From IMG/VR virus record IMGVR_UViG_3300025928_000005, positions 47,342-111,341 of that record: DNA of 64,000 nucleotides. The stretch is one strand, 5' to 3'. This stretch comes from a virus. Made by a program: the position numbers and the translations under genes. Below are positions 36,738 to 49,090 of this stretch, piece after piece (position 1 is the stretch's first letter; each line of letters starts with the position of its first letter). The notes beneath the pieces are model-generated. The model was not told the DNA's origin and did not search any database. It saw only the letters and a program-made list of their open reading frames with translations.

Positions 36738-38093
36738 GTGAGCTACAGGGTAAACGACGTGGTGCCGCTCCCGCGGCGGCTCTCCCCGGACAAGCCGACC
36801 TGCGGCATCGTGCGCTACGTCAGCGTCGGCAGACGCGCACGCTTCGCCTACGTGGAGGTCGCCGGCCGGCAGGAGCTTCTCAGCTTCGAGGAGCTCGACG
36901 CCGCCGAGGACGCCCACCGGCGCGAGTTGGGCGTGTGATGATCGAGCTGACGCCACCGAACGGGTGCCGGCACTGCGGCATCGAGCGGGACAGGCACATG
37001 AGCCTGTGGACCAAGGAGGCGGGGTGGCACACGTGGATGGAGCCGAGCGACCGGATGCGCAAGGAGCGGATGATCGCCCGTTGGGCGGTGCGGACGGGAA
37101 CGCCGTGGCGACGCTGGGGTCGGACGAGCTGACGCTTCTCGAGCGAACGAACCGCGACGTGGCGATCGACGTCATCGAGCGGTTCATCCGGAACGAGACC
37201 GGCGTCTACGCGGACGCGCCGGGTGTCCTGCTGGCGGCGGTTCGCGAGCAGGCGACCGAGCTCACGCGACGGCTCGCGGCGGCGAACCTGCTGCGGCTGT
37301 CGTCAACCAGCGCGTCGCGATTGAGTGAGCTGTCTCTCAAGGATGCCCTGCGCCGTGCCGCCCTGGAGCAGTGCGCCAAGGGATGGGGCTTCGAGAGCTG
37401 GCGAGCCTACGCCGGCGAGGACCTCGAAAGCGGCGCCGCGAGCTCCCGGGTTGTGTTCGACATCGTCACGACCGCGGTTCGCGGCCTGCTGCCCCTCGTG
37501 AAGGAGCAGCTCGGGATCCTCGAGACCGAGAACGATGACCTGCGCGGCGAGCTCGACGACGCTCGGCGCGCGCTGAACCAGGTGTGACAGGCAGAAAACG
37601 AGAGGAGATCGACGATGCCGATCTTTGGGCGTGGGTCGCGGCAGACTGGGCCGCAGCCGACGAGCATGAACCGCAGCGACAAGGGCGTGGACCCGGTCTA
37701 CCGCAAGCCGACGGACCGTGAGGTCAGGGACTACGCGAAGCGGCTGCAGGCGAACGACCGGTCGCTGAGCTGGCCGAAGGCGCTGGATCTCGCGCGAGAG
37801 CACGTGATGGAGCACCTCGAGGCTCACCTCAAGAACGTTGACGGCAAGAAGTGGTGAACCAAGGGGAGGAGACGCGGCAGCCACCGCTGCTGTGGTGGTC
37901 ACCGAGCCTGGGGCTCGTGACCCTCGAGGATGGCGTCTGGTGGCGCTGCGAGAGCGGCCGCGTGTCCCTGCGCCACGACGGCCTGCCCAACGAGCTGCCC
38001 ACCGACGCGGTGTTCCTCGCGCCGGTGAGCCGCGACCGGGGACGGCTCGTCGTCCTCGTCGACCACGTGGAGGTGAGCGGTGATCAAGCGTGA
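36738..38093 (+). other. five small ORFs (36738-36938, 36935-37132, 37105-37587, 37615-37857, 37851-38093)
   Basis: follow promoter near 36681; mostly overlapping. Confidence 0.55.
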
Positions 38094-38295
38094 GCGCGAG
38101 CTCAACGAGATCGCGAGACGGCACGGGTTCGGTCCGCTTCAGCGAACCTCGGGTGGCCACTACGTCACCCAGCACCTGGTCACCAGACGCAAGGTGTTCG
38201 TCAGCTTCAGCAACTCGGGCTCGGGCTCGAAGCTGCTGCAGCTGTTCGAGAGCGACCTGCGAAAGGCCAACGAGGGCCGGGCGAACCGACGGTGA
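38080..38295 (+). CDS. HicA-like protein
   Basis: ARRHGF..TSGGHY..H..KVFVS. Confidence 0.55.
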   Translation: MIKRERELNEIARRHGFGPLQRTSGGHYVTQHLVTRRKVFVSFSNSGSGSKLLQLFESDLRKANEGRANRR

Positions 38296-38507
38296 GAAAG
38301 CACTGCCACGACATGAACGAGCTCGCCGCGAGGTACGGGTTCGACGAGGCCCGCCCGACGCGTGGCGGCCACCTCGTGTTCCAGCACCGCGTGAACGGCC
38401 GCAAGGTGTTTCACGCCAGCTCGCCGTCTGAGTCTCGATCCAACCGGAACTTCGAGAGCCAGCTTCGCCGCACCGCGCGGCTGCCGCCGGTCGGCGTCGA
38501 CGCGTGA
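38292..38507 (+). CDS. HicA-like protein, paralog
   Basis: ARYGF..TRGGHLVFQH..SSPS..RS.RN..QLRR. Confidence 0.6.
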   Translation: MRKHCHDMNELAARYGFDEARPTRGGHLVFQHRVNGRKVFHASSPSESRSNRNFESQLRRTARLPPVGVDA

Positions 38508-38586
38508 GGCGTGACCCATGGGGTTTACATTTTGCCGCGAGCAGGGTAGGCTGACACCGGATCAGGAACGAGGAACGGAGAGCGAG

Positions 38587-41551
38587 ATGATCCAGGCTGA
38601 GATCAAGAGCGAGGCTGAGGCCCACGGCCACTTCGACGTTCGCGTCTACGACCAGGTGTGGCTCGAGGTTTGCCCCGAGGTGAGGGCGGCTCGCCTTGTT
38701 GACCGTGAAATGGGTCACGAGACGTTCGTGGACACCGATAAGCTCGACGCGGTCATCACCGCGTTCACCTCCGTCCGCGAGCTGCTCAAGGAGAAGATGT
38801 GACCGACCGTCAGATCGCCAAGCCCACCGCGGAGGAGCTCAAGAGAGCGACCCAGGTCGCCCAGAAGCTGCCCTTCGCGGGCAGGATCCACGTCACCGAC
38901 TACGGGGTGTGGGTGGACGGCGCGGAACGCTGGGTGTGCCCGAAGTGCCTGACCGTCTGGGCGAACCGAGAGCTCCGCGCCAACCACTATTGCCCGAACA
39001 AGCGGTGCGACCACCCGATCGCGCCGTGACGACCCGAGAACCACGAGTCGAGAGGAACGATGAACGATGAGCATGACCCTGCGTGAGGCCGTCGACAAGG
39101 TCGTCGAGCACACCCGCACCAAGGAGCGCAAGCCCAATTTGTCCACCGACCGCGCCCTGGCGCTGGTCCGGCAGCTGACCGAGGTCGACGTCAGTCGCCT
39201 GACCCGGGACGTGGACCTGCGCAACGCCTACGTCCAGGTTCTGGTGTCCTCGGACGCGCAGATCGCTGAGGCGCTGCGTGGGTAACCACTCGCGCTTCAC
39301 GCCGCCACCGACCCGAGACGAGCTGACCCAGGCCGAGTACGTCGCGTGGATGCTGCAAGGCACGACCAACGTTCGGGTCACCGAGCACGCGGTCTACGCG
39401 TTCGGTGCGGAGGCCTGGGTCTGTCCCAGGTGCCTCAGGCCGAATCACCCGATGCGGGAGGGCAAGATGCCCATCGTGCCCACGGCCTGCAAGCGCTGCC
39501 ACACGAGGCTGCTGTGACCGGTCGGCCGGAGCCGATCTGCCCGCAGATTCACAGCTCGCTCGGATACGTGTGCTGGCCGGCAAAATACCAGCGAGACCTG
39601 CCGCACGCCTCCACCTACTGCTGCGGTGCGGCCGACTGCGTCGAGGACGCGGCGGACTGGGTGGAGAGCGTCACGGGCCACCGGGGTGAGTGGCACCCGT
39701 TCGTGAAGCAGACGAGGAACCGATAGGAGATCAGATGAGCTCGGGATCCAGGCAGGATCAGGACTGGCAGCCCAAGAACTCCAAGACCGTCAAGGCGGAG
39801 ACCATCCGGAAGGGTGACCTCGTGCTGAACAGCACGTGCAGCGCGTGGTACCTGATCACGACCGTCGACACCTACCCGGCGGAGGGCCGGGTCATGATGT
39901 ACGGGAACGAGGTGCTGGGTGAGACCGCACCCGGCAGGTACCTGCTCGGCAAGAGCCTTGGTCGGCTGAACGCCGTGTTCGGCGAGAACCGCATCCTCGG
40001 CTGGTAGCGTTCGTGGGTCCCGGGCGAGCCCGCTCGTCCGGGAGCCCTCGAGCGAGGAGCGGCTGAGAGGAGAACGACGCGGTGAACCGAATCACGCGCC
40101 AGGAGGTGTCCTTCGGGTTCACCATCCCGGAGTCAGGCAGCGCCATCAGCTCGCTGCTGGCGACCGTCGAGACCGCGAACGGCACCCACCACCGGCTGGG
40201 CGTCCTGCAGAGCGTGGCCAACCTGCCGGCCGGGCCGGCACGGATCAACCTCGAGCTGCTGCTCACGGTGCCGGAGCCGCCACCGCCGCGACCGAGGACG
40301 CTGCGCGACAAGCTCTGGGAGATCCTGTCGGACAGCGACGGGGACGGACCCGACAACCAGGTGAACGCGGTGCTCGAGCTGCTGAGCGAGGAGGAGAACC
40401 TGCCCGACCAGATCGACGCGCTGTTGGATGAGAACTGAGAGGAGAACCAGGTGAGGGTGATCAAGGGCGTGCACGTCGGCAAGACGGTGACGCCGCACCA
40501 GTTCTGCAATGACTGGGTGACGGTCAAGGAGCTGCCGGGCGAGGTGCTCTCGCCGCTCATGCTGCGGGTCGAGACCAAGGCGGAGCGGGACTTCTTCCAG
40601 AACGACCCGAACCCGGGCGTCTTCTGGAACCTGTTTGAGATCGCCCGGGACGGCTGCTTCGTGCGAAAGCTGTCGCGGTGATGGGCCGGGTCAAGGTGGA
40701 GCGCTACTGCACGTGCGGCGCCGAGCTCATCATCGAGGCGAGCGACCTCAAGGCGGTCCAGATCGGCGACCAGCGCTTCGGCGAGATCCACTCGGGTGAG
40801 GGCCACCGCCCGGTCACGCGGCGCGAGGCCGCCCGGGCGCGCCGCCGGCAGCTCCTCCGGGACGCGGAGGAGCTGGGTCGCCGTGAGCGGTGAGCTGACC
40901 CTCGCGGACCTGCGGGCCCGCATCGCGGCACGCGGCCTCAGCTCGCGGATCAAGGTCGTCGGCGACCCCCGGCGGGTTCACCGCCTCGACATCACGCTCG
41001 AGGAGTTCGACCGCTGGCTCGACGAGACCGAGGCCGACGGCACCGGCGTCCTGATCAGGGTGGGGGTGCGACGTCGCCAGCACCTCTGGCAGCTGGTGAT
41101 CGACCGGGTTCGGAACGTCAACAGGTTGAGGATCAACGGGCGAGGCCGCGATGCCTGACGCCGACTACGAGGAGTTCGCCGCGGCCGAGGAGCCGGACCC
41201 CACCCACCCCAGCATGCCCGTCGGCTACCGTGACCTCGGCTACTCCGACGAGGTTAACTGGGACCGGTCCTGGCACCTCCACGTGAACCGTCAGCGTGCC
41301 TGCTGCACCACGCGGTGGGGGCGCCTGTGGTTCCGAGTGATGGGACGACATTGGTTCAGCGGCTGAGGGACGCGCTGCGGTCCTGGGCGCTGCGCCGGCT
41401 CGGGGTACCCTGCGGCGCCTACGGCGGGCGCTGGGCGGAGGGCGACCGCTGGTGCCTGCAGCCCTTCGGGCACGAGTGGTCGTGCTCCTACGAGGTGTGC
41501 TTCCAGCCCCTGTGGCGGCTGCGGGCCCGGCGGCGGGGCTGGGACGCCTGA
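38587..41551 (+). other. run of small ORFs (38587-38802, 38799-39029, 39067-39285, 39278-39517, 39514-39726, 39735-40007, 40082-40438, 40451-40681, 40678-40893, 40883-41158, 41151-41366, to 41551)
   Basis: promoter near 38524; coupled starts and stops; several CxxC proteins. Confidence 0.55.
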
Positions 41552-41637
41552 CCCTGGCCTAGACTGTTTACATCTGGTACGATTGCAGCAGCAACAAGAG
41601 CTGATCGGAACCAGGAACCGAGCGAGAGGAGACCCAG

Positions 41638-41898
41638 ATGGCGAGCGTGGAGCAGGTGAGGGGACAGATCAACCTCGCGAAGGAGCAGGCCGAGCGCGGG
41701 ACCCAAGCCCTGCAGCAGGCCGAGCAGGAGATCGGCCACGCGCAGCAGGCCTTCCAGGAGGCCGCGCAGGGCAGCAACCAGTCCGAGGCCAGCGACGTGA
41801 ACAACATGTTCACCCACGCGCTGCAGAAGATCGGTGAGGCTCGGGACGCGGTCATGGCCGCGGTGAGCCAGGCCGAGAGCTACGCGGGGCGACTGTGA
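41638..41898 (+). CDS. 86-aa helical-hairpin protein, WXG100-like size and pattern
   Basis: two amphipathic A/Q/E-rich helices around AQGS turn; own leader and RBS. Confidence 0.55.
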   Translation: MASVEQVRGQINLAKEQAERGTQALQQAEQEIGHAQQAFQEAAQGSNQSEASDVNNMFTHALQKIGEARDAVMAAVSQAESYAGRL

Positions 41899-42555
41899 GC
41901 CACCTCGACGACTACGCGCGTGACCTCAAGCGCCAGGTGAGCTGGCTCAGGCAGCACCACCGCACCCTGGAGCTGGGCCTCAAGCGCCTCGAGGACAAGA
42001 GGGAGCGCGAGCGCCTCGGCGTCATCCTGATCCAGCTCGAGGCAAGCAAGATCGTCGGGGACGACGACCTGGCCTGGGCCCTGGCCACGTGCCGGAGGGC
42101 GCTGAGCTGATGCCCAGGAAGGGAACGATGAAGGCGCGGGTGCGCTGCCCGTGGTGCAACAAGCCCGACACCCTGCTGCTGATCACCGACCGCGCCGGCG
42201 GCAGCGGCGTCGACAACCAGCTGTACACGCACGGCGGCCTGTACGAGGACCCCGACACGGGCAAGCCGTTGGACTGCAAGGGCAGCGGGCGGTCGATCCC
42301 GAACCGGGACGTGCCGCCGATGAGCGAGTGGAGGAAGTGGTAGTGGCCGACGAGCCCACGTTCAACGAGCTGACCGACCGCCAGGAGCGGTGGTACCGCG
42401 AGAACGGCGTCGCCCTCGAGACCGCGGTGACGACGGAGCGCGACCCGGCCACGGCCGCGGAGCTGAGGCTGCTTCTGAACTACCTGCGCCTCGGCACGAC
42501 GATCACGCCGGCGAGGCTTCGCTGGCTGGACGAGTACCTGGGAGGTACCAAGTGA
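41895..42555 (+). other. three small ORFs (41895-42110, 42110-42343, 42343-42555)
   Basis: overlapping start/stop codons. Confidence 0.55.
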
Positions 42556-42746
42556 GTGACGCGGTGGAGCGTGAGGACGGCTTTCACGTGAGCAGCTTCT
42601 GCCAGGACGGTGGCTGCGTGGGGGTTGCGGTGAGCGAGGCGACGGTGTCGGTCCGGGACGAGAAGAGCCCGAGCCACGGTCGCATCACGGTGCCGCGGCC
42701 CGCGTGGCGCGCGTTCACGGCGAGCGTTGGAGACCTGGCCCCGTGA
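42552..42746 (+). CDS. DUF397 domain protein
   Basis: SSFC..GGCV.VA..VRD.K..AWRAF. Confidence 0.8.
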   Translation: MSDAVEREDGFHVSSFCQDGGCVGVAVSEATVSVRDEKSPSHGRITVPRPAWRAFTASVGDLAP

Positions 42747-43084
42747 CCGAGGACGACGTCCTGCTCGCGTGGCTGCGGGCCGCCCTGGTGGCGGTCCGCA
42801 GCACCGCGGAGGCCCTGGAGCGGTCCGGGGAGTACCTGGCGACGGTGAGCGGGATCCCGGCCGCGTCCCTCAGCGCCCGAACCCTGCTCGACGGGGTCGC
42901 CGCCGACGCGGCGATCCTCGAGGAGCACACGACCGGCGGCGTCGCCCAGTGCTCGCGGTGCCTGCGGCTGATCGATGACGCGGGCACGCCGCGGGCCTTC
43001 GTGGGAATCTGCCCCACGCTGCGGTTCGTGGCCACGCGGTACCGCCACGCCGTGCCCGGCTGGCGCGGGGAGTGGGCGTCGTGA
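42743..43084 (+). CDS. DUF6221-like protein
   Basis: LLAWLRA..AILEEH..CPTLR..Y..PGW..EW. Confidence 0.6.
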   Translation: MTEDDVLLAWLRAALVAVRSTAEALERSGEYLATVSGIPAASLSARTLLDGVAADAAILEEHTTGGVAQCSRCLRLIDDAGTPRAFVGICPTLRFVATRYRHAVPGWRGEWAS

Positions 43085-43377
43085 GCGCCGCGACGGCTGC
43101 CTGGCTCGTGGCGGTGTACGCGCTCGGCTCCGCGGACGTCCTGCTTTTCGAGGGGTTCGGGTGGGTGCAGGACGCGCTCTACGCACACCACGTCCGGCGC
43201 TGCGACGAGGACCACGGTGACTGGTCACCGCGGTGGGCCGCCGGCTGGAAGGTGGGGGTGGCTGGGTCCCTGCTGCGCGCCACCCTGTGGCCGGTGACGC
43301 TGACGTCCGACCTGCTGGATTGGGTCAGGGAGCTGCGGGTCAGGCGTGCCGCGCGACGCGAGGAGGAAGGCGAGTGA
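43081..43377 (+). CDS. hypothetical membrane protein
   Basis: hydrophobic segments, LWP motif. Confidence 0.5.
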   Translation: MSAATAAWLVAVYALGSADVLLFEGFGWVQDALYAHHVRRCDEDHGDWSPRWAAGWKVGVAGSLLRATLWPVTLTSDLLDWVRELRVRRAARREEEGE

Positions 43378-43700
43378 GCCGAACCTGGCTGGGCCCGCGG
43401 GGCCGCGTCGCGGACGACGCGTGGCGACCCCCAGCGGGGTTGTCCCAGGGGGACCGCGCCGCGGAGCAGGACGCCGCTGCCGGAAGCCGCGCGGCGCGGA
43501 CCCGTCCCGACGGCAAGCTCGCGTCGGTGCTGCTGCGGGCCGCCCCGTCCGGCAACCACGTGTACGCCTACCTGCACTGGCGCGAGGCGGGCAAGGCCAG
43601 CGACAGCATCGTGTACCTCGGGGAGGTCTTCTACCCCACGCGCGCCGCGAACCTCGTGGAGGCGTGGTCCCGAGCCCTGACGAGAGGAGCCCTTCGGTGA
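43374..43700 (+). CDS. protein resembling the N-terminal extension of actinobacterial Vsr endonucleases
   Basis: AAEQDAAAG..AYLHW..YLGEV..TRAANL..AW (recalled family pattern). Confidence 0.5.
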   Translation: MSRTWLGPRGRVADDAWRPPAGLSQGDRAAEQDAAAGSRAARTRPDGKLASVLLRAAPSGNHVYAYLHWREAGKASDSIVYLGEVFYPTRAANLVEAWSRALTRGALR

Positions 43701-46533
43701 GCCTGACCACCTGCACGGCGTGCGGCGGTGAGAACGTCACCTACCAGGCGTTCAGTGGCGGTCGCGAGTTCTACTGCCGGGACTGCGAGAGCGCCCACCC
43801 CTACCCCGAGGAGCTGCTGCCGCCGCGGCTCAAGCTGCTCCGGGAGGGTCGAATCGACGAGCTTCGGGCACAGCTCAGGGCGGAAATGCTCCCACCTGGT
43901 GACCTGGTTGAGGTCGACGGCGTGCCCGCGATCACCGCGTTCTACCGGTGGGCGCAGGGCGATGACGGCGCGGTAGCTCCCTGATGCCGCCCCGAGGCCT
44001 GCGCAGCGTGCGCTGCCACGGCGGCCCGTGGCACGGGGAGCGGCACCTGCTCGGTGCGGTGGAGAGCTCCCTGCCGGTGCCGGGCGTGGCGACGTTCCGG
44101 TACGAGCTGCGGCGAACGACCCGCGGCGAGGAGATCCTGGAGTGGTCCTTCGTGTGGAGAGGTGGTGAGGCTAGTGAGTGAGACGTGGCTGACCAGCGCC
44201 GACCCCGAGCCCGGGGAGGGCGCGGCCGTGGAGACGGAGGGCCTCGTCCGGTTCGACCGCGGGTCGGATGACCTGCTGCCCGCGGCGTGGACCTCGGAGC
44301 ACGGGGAGCCCGCCACGTGGCGGAAGCTCGCCGGCAACTGGGGGCCGGTGCGGCTCGTGAGGGAGGCCGGGTGAGCGGCCCGATCCTGACCGAGCTGACG
44401 CGGGGCCTGGCGCGTCGGCTGAGGGCGCAGCGCCGGCTCGCGGCGCGCGCCACGGACGTCCGCGACCAGGTCCGCCGCGAGGCGCGCCTGACGCTCAGCG
44501 CGGTCGCGGACGCCCTCGGGGAGCGCCGGCCGGTGAACCTGCTGGACCTGGCCGCCCTCCGCGAGCGGGCCCTGCGGCTCCGGGCGGACAACGTCGCCCT
44601 GAGCGCGGAGCTGCGGCGCTGCCGGGACACGCTCGCGGACGCCCTGGGTGAGCTCGGGGATGACCACGCGCGGGCGTACGGCTGGCTCACCACGCCCATC
44701 GACGGCTCCGACGACGGCGAGCACCTCGACGCCGAGGCGCTCGCGAGCGAGGTCACCGACCTGCGGGACCGCCTCGCGGAGACCCGCGAGCTGAACCGGG
44801 GCTGGGCCCGCTACGGGCAGCGCGTCCGGGAGCGCCGCCGCACCCACCGGGAGTGGGTCACCAGGGCGACGGCTGACCTGAGCCACCTCGCGGACCTGCC
44901 GGGGGTGCCGCCGCGCGTCGCGACCGGGATCAAGCTGGCCGTGGCGACCCTGCGAGCGGGGGAGGACGCGTGAGCGCCCGACACAACCGTCCCGAGCCGT
45001 GCGAGAACTGCGTGCGAATCTGGGCCTGGTCCGGCTTCAAGTGTCGTCGGTTCCACGGCGCGTGGGAGCATCGCCTGGATCGAGACTACTGGGCGGGCCA
45101 CGCCGGCACGTTCAGCGTCCCGGTGTGGTGCCTGCCGGCGTCGAAGCTGCGCCGTCGACGGCGAGGGGCGGTGCGCTGGTGAGCGCCCTCGACCCGATGC
45201 AGCTCGCGCCCTACCTGTTCGGGCCCGGCAACGCCGTGTCCGCGCTCGCCGTGGGCCGCGGGAAGCGCTGGGGCTGGCTCGTGCTCGTGGCCGTGCAGCT
45301 CGCGATGGTCACGTTCGGGCTCACCACGGGCTACGTGGGCTTCAGCATGAGCCTCGTCATGGCAGCCATCGGCGCCGACAACTACCGCCGTTGGCGCCGC
45401 CGCGAGGCCGCGGCCGCGGCTCTCGAGAGCGTCGAGGAGGACGAGTGATGGATGGCGTGACGAGGCAGGCCGCGCACGAGGTGGCCCGGGAGCTGCTGGA
45501 CACGGTCCACGACCGCCTGCGGTGCGGCGGGGTCCGGACCCCGCTCGACGCGCAGCTGAACGAGCTGCGCGTGGCGGCCGCGGAGGCGTACCTGCACCTG
45601 GCGCGGGAGGAGCGGGTGCGCGCGAGCCGGCCCACCGACGCGGTCGTGGACGCCGCGGTGCGGTCCGGGGTCATCAGCCGCGAGGAGGCGGCGCTGCGGT
45701 TCCAGGCGGAGCGTCGGGCGAGCGGCGAGTGGTGAGCCACCTGAAGCTGCGGTGCCTCGGCGGTCCGTGGCACGGCCAGCTCGTGGAGGTGAGCGGCCAC
45801 GCCCGGGAGGTGGAGGTGCCGGGCCGCCGCGACGGGCACTACGTTCGCTGGCCGGACGGCCCCGGCGAGCGCGCCGTCGCCCTGACCTGGGTGGTGCCGG
45901 ACGGCAACGGCGGCTGGGAGCGGCTGAGCGTGAGAGAGGAGGAAACGCGGTGAACGGCCTGACCTGGGAGGTTGACGGCCCCGAGTGGGACGAGGCCGCG
46001 GTCGAGGTCTACGCGCGGTGGCTGGCTGAGAGCCTGAGGGCGCCGGCGGGTGGACCGCCGTGGGTACACGTCGGCGGTCGGGGCGGCTTCGGGCGGCGCT
46101 GGCTGCGGGGCCTCACCGAGACGGGCCGGGGGCCGCGGGTCGACCTGACCTGGGTGGACGAGACGGTGAGCTGGGGCGTGGACCCCAACGAGGCGCGGGC
46201 GGCGCTGACGCGCCGGCGGGACCTCGTGGACGAGTGCGTCGCCGTGACGCTGCGAGAGCCGACGTGGCTCACGGAGGGGAGAGAGCGGTGAGTGGGATCG
46301 AGCGCGCCAACCGGCGAGAGGCTCCCGTGGCTCAGCCACGAGAGGTCTACCTGACCGTCGGTCGGCTCCGGGAGCGTCTCGTGGAGATCGAGGCAGCCTT
46401 CCCGGGCGAGAACGTGAACGAGTGGGCGGTGGGTGCGGGAACGCCCACGTCCTTTCAGCTCGGCAGCGGTGACGTCGTGCACGTCAACCTGCCACACCTG
46501 CGTTGCGTGGAGGTGAGACTCCTTGAGCTCTAG
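43697..46533 (+). other. ten coupled small ORFs (43697-43984, 43984-44181, 44174-44374, 44371-44973, 44970-45182, 45179-45448 TM, 45448-45735, 45732-45953, 45950-46291, 46288-46533)
   Basis: GTGA/TGATG overlaps throughout. Confidence 0.6.
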
Positions 46534-46948
46534 CGCCGAGACGACGTGCGCCCGGTGCGGCGACTGCTGCGACCCCGTCGTGGTGCCGTTCCACGTGGAG
46601 ACGTGGGCCGTCAGACAGCTGGCGGAGGCGGACGTGGCCGCCGACACGCGCGAGAACTGCGAGTTCCTGCTCGCGCACTGGACGACCACGGCGACCCTGG
46701 TGCGAGCCGAGGACGCGGACGTGACGGTCGGGTACGAGGTGCGGTGCGACGCGTTCAACCGCGAGACGCGGGAGTGCGAGGCGCACGACGCGCGGCCCCC
46801 GGTGTGCCGAGGCTTCCCGTGGTACGGCCGGGCCGCGACGGACGTCGAGGGCCGAGCGCCCGTGGCCGACAGCCTGTCGCCGCGGTGCTCCTTCAACCAG
46901 GACGTGCCGGGCCGCGCGCTCCTTCCCCTGACGGTGGTGACCCGGTGA
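46523..46948 (+). CDS. YkgJ-family CxxCxxCC cysteine-cluster protein
   Basis: CARCGDCC..C..C..H..RPPVCRGFP. Confidence 0.85.
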   Translation: MSSSAETTCARCGDCCDPVVVPFHVETWAVRQLAEADVAADTRENCEFLLAHWTTTATLVRAEDADVTVGYEVRCDAFNRETRECEAHDARPPVCRGFPWYGRAATDVEGRAPVADSLSPRCSFNQDVPGRALLPLTVVTR

Positions 46949-48859
46949 GCGTCGTCAGGCGCGTCGTCAGGCGTGAGGTGGGGGAGCTGACCGCCACGGA
47001 GACCCTGGAGTGCGACCACGTGAACGTCCTGTACCGGGAGATCCGGAACGGCCGCGTGGCGTGGCGCAGCCAGCGCGGCGCGGCGACGAACCTGAGCGTC
47101 AAGAGCCGGGAGTGCGCCGAGTGCGCCGCGGCCGTGGGGCGCGCCGCGAGGCGGGGGTGGCCGGTGTGAGCGTGCCGACCGGGTACGTCGTGGTGCGGTT
47201 CCCGAGCCGCTGGCTCAGGCTCGGGCTCGTGCCGCCGGGCCTGGAGGGCCGCTGGTTTGAGGTGCCGGACCCGCGAACGGTGAACCCCGCCTGGGGCGGG
47301 CCAGGCGCGGTGGGCTGGGTGGGGGACGACGAGCACGGACCGGGAACCGCCGTGGCGCGGCCCACCGGGACGTTCGAGACGAGGGAGGACGGGGCCGTGG
47401 CCGAGGTGTGGCGCGTGGAGGAGCTGGTGGAGCCGTGACCGCGTTCCTGGGTGACGACGAGGACGACGACGGCCTGGTGAGGGAGCTCGAGGAGCTGTTC
47501 GCCCGCGGGACCTGGGTGGACGGGCCGGACGGGAGTCGGAGCCTGCAGCTGCCGCCGAGCGAGGACGAGGAGGGCGAGGAGGCGAGCGGTGGCTGACGCG
47601 CCGCGCGGGGACCCCAGGGACGGGTGCGCGTGCGGGCACATCCGCCAGGCGCACCGCCACCCCGTGAGCGGGAACGCCGTGGCGTGCCGGGCGACGGTCA
47701 GGCGGGTGACGGACCCGCGGCGGCACCTGGGCGTCGTCGCGACGTGCGAGTGCGAGCGGTTCACGCCGTGGAACGAGACGAGGAGGGGAGAGGGCTGATG
47801 GGAAACTGGATCTGGCAGCCGCTGACCCCCGGGCTGGCGAAGCTGGTGGAGGTGCGCGCCGAGGTGGTGAACGGGGACGACGAGGTGCTGCTGGACGTGC
47901 TGGGCGGGCCGACGGAGCGCGTCCAGCTGACCGGCACGCAGGCGATGGTCCTCGGCCAGGCGCTGTACCTGGCCGGGTCGGAGGCGACGTGGGCGCGGTT
48001 CAAGCGGGAGCGCGGGGACCGGGAGGGCGGGGCGTGATCATCGAGCTGGAGGCGTCCCGGCCGTGCCAGGTCAGGCCGGGGCTGTACCGGTCGCGGGTGA
48101 CCGTGTTCCGGGTCTGGTGGCTGTGGTTCGCGGTCGCGGTGATCCGCGGGGACGCGCGCGAGCGGACCCGATACGTCTGGGAGGACCGGTGACCGCCCGG
48201 CTGCGGGTCGAGCCGTACCGAACGAGCGGGCTGCGGTACGCGCTGGGTGACCCGCGCCAGGCGGGCGGGTGGCGGTGGCTCTGCCGCGAGTGCTCGCGGG
48301 TCGGCTACCACCAGTTCGACCGCTGGGTGGGCCACGGCAGCTGGGTGGTGGACCCGTCGCACCCGTGGCGGCGGGCCCTGGCTGGGGCGGCGCGCCACGT
48401 GGCGGTGGTGCACCCCGAGGAGAGGGGAGCTGGAATGGCGCGGAGCGAGGCGGCGTGGGTCGTGCTGGACGGCGGGACGCGGGAGCCGGTGGCCGCGTTC
48501 ACGGTCAGGCACGAGCTCGTGACGTGGCTGGGCCGGCGGCCGAGCCTCGAGGGGCTCGAGGTGTGGCGCTGCGGGGACGGCCTGGCTCAGGGCGCGCCGC
48601 GCGCGGTGCCGCTCGACGAGCTGCGGGCGAGGGCCCGGCCGTGGTGAGGCGCGTGGGGTCGGGCCCGACCCGGGAGCGGGACGGGGCCCTGGTGAAGGTG
48701 ACCCTCAAGGGGGACCGGGACCTGTGCTGGCGGCACGGCTGCGCGCTGGAGCCCGCGGTGGTGATCACGTACCACGGGCAGCGGGTGTGGGTGTGCCAGC
48801 GGGACCGCAAGCTGGACGGGGAGGGGCCGGGGCCGCTGGGCGGCCCCTGGCGGTGGTGA
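46945..48859 (+). other. eight coupled small ORFs (46945-47169, 47166-47438, 47435-47596, 47589-47798, 47798-48037, 48034-48192, 48189-48647, 48644-48859)
   Basis: overlapping start/stop codons. Confidence 0.55.
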
Positions 48860-48896
48860 CGACGACGACGATGACGACGACGAGAGGCGGACGAGG

Positions 48897-49088
48897 GTGA
48901 GCGACGTGCGGGACGACGAGCTGGCGTGGCGGACGGCCACGGGGAGCGTGGGGCAGGGCGCGTGCGTGGAGGTGGCGCCGGTGCCGGGTGAGGGCTGGCG
49001 GGTGCGGGACAGCAAGCGCCGCGGGGGCGGGACGCTCGCGGTGAGCGAGGCGGCCCTGCGGGGGCTGGTGCGGCTGGCCCGGGCGTGA
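48897..49088 (+). CDS. DUF397 domain protein
   Basis: WR...S..GACVEVA..VRDSK. Confidence 0.85.
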   Translation: MSDVRDDELAWRTATGSVGQGACVEVAPVPGEGWRVRDSKRRGGGTLAVSEAALRGLVRLARA

Positions 49089-49090
49089 GG

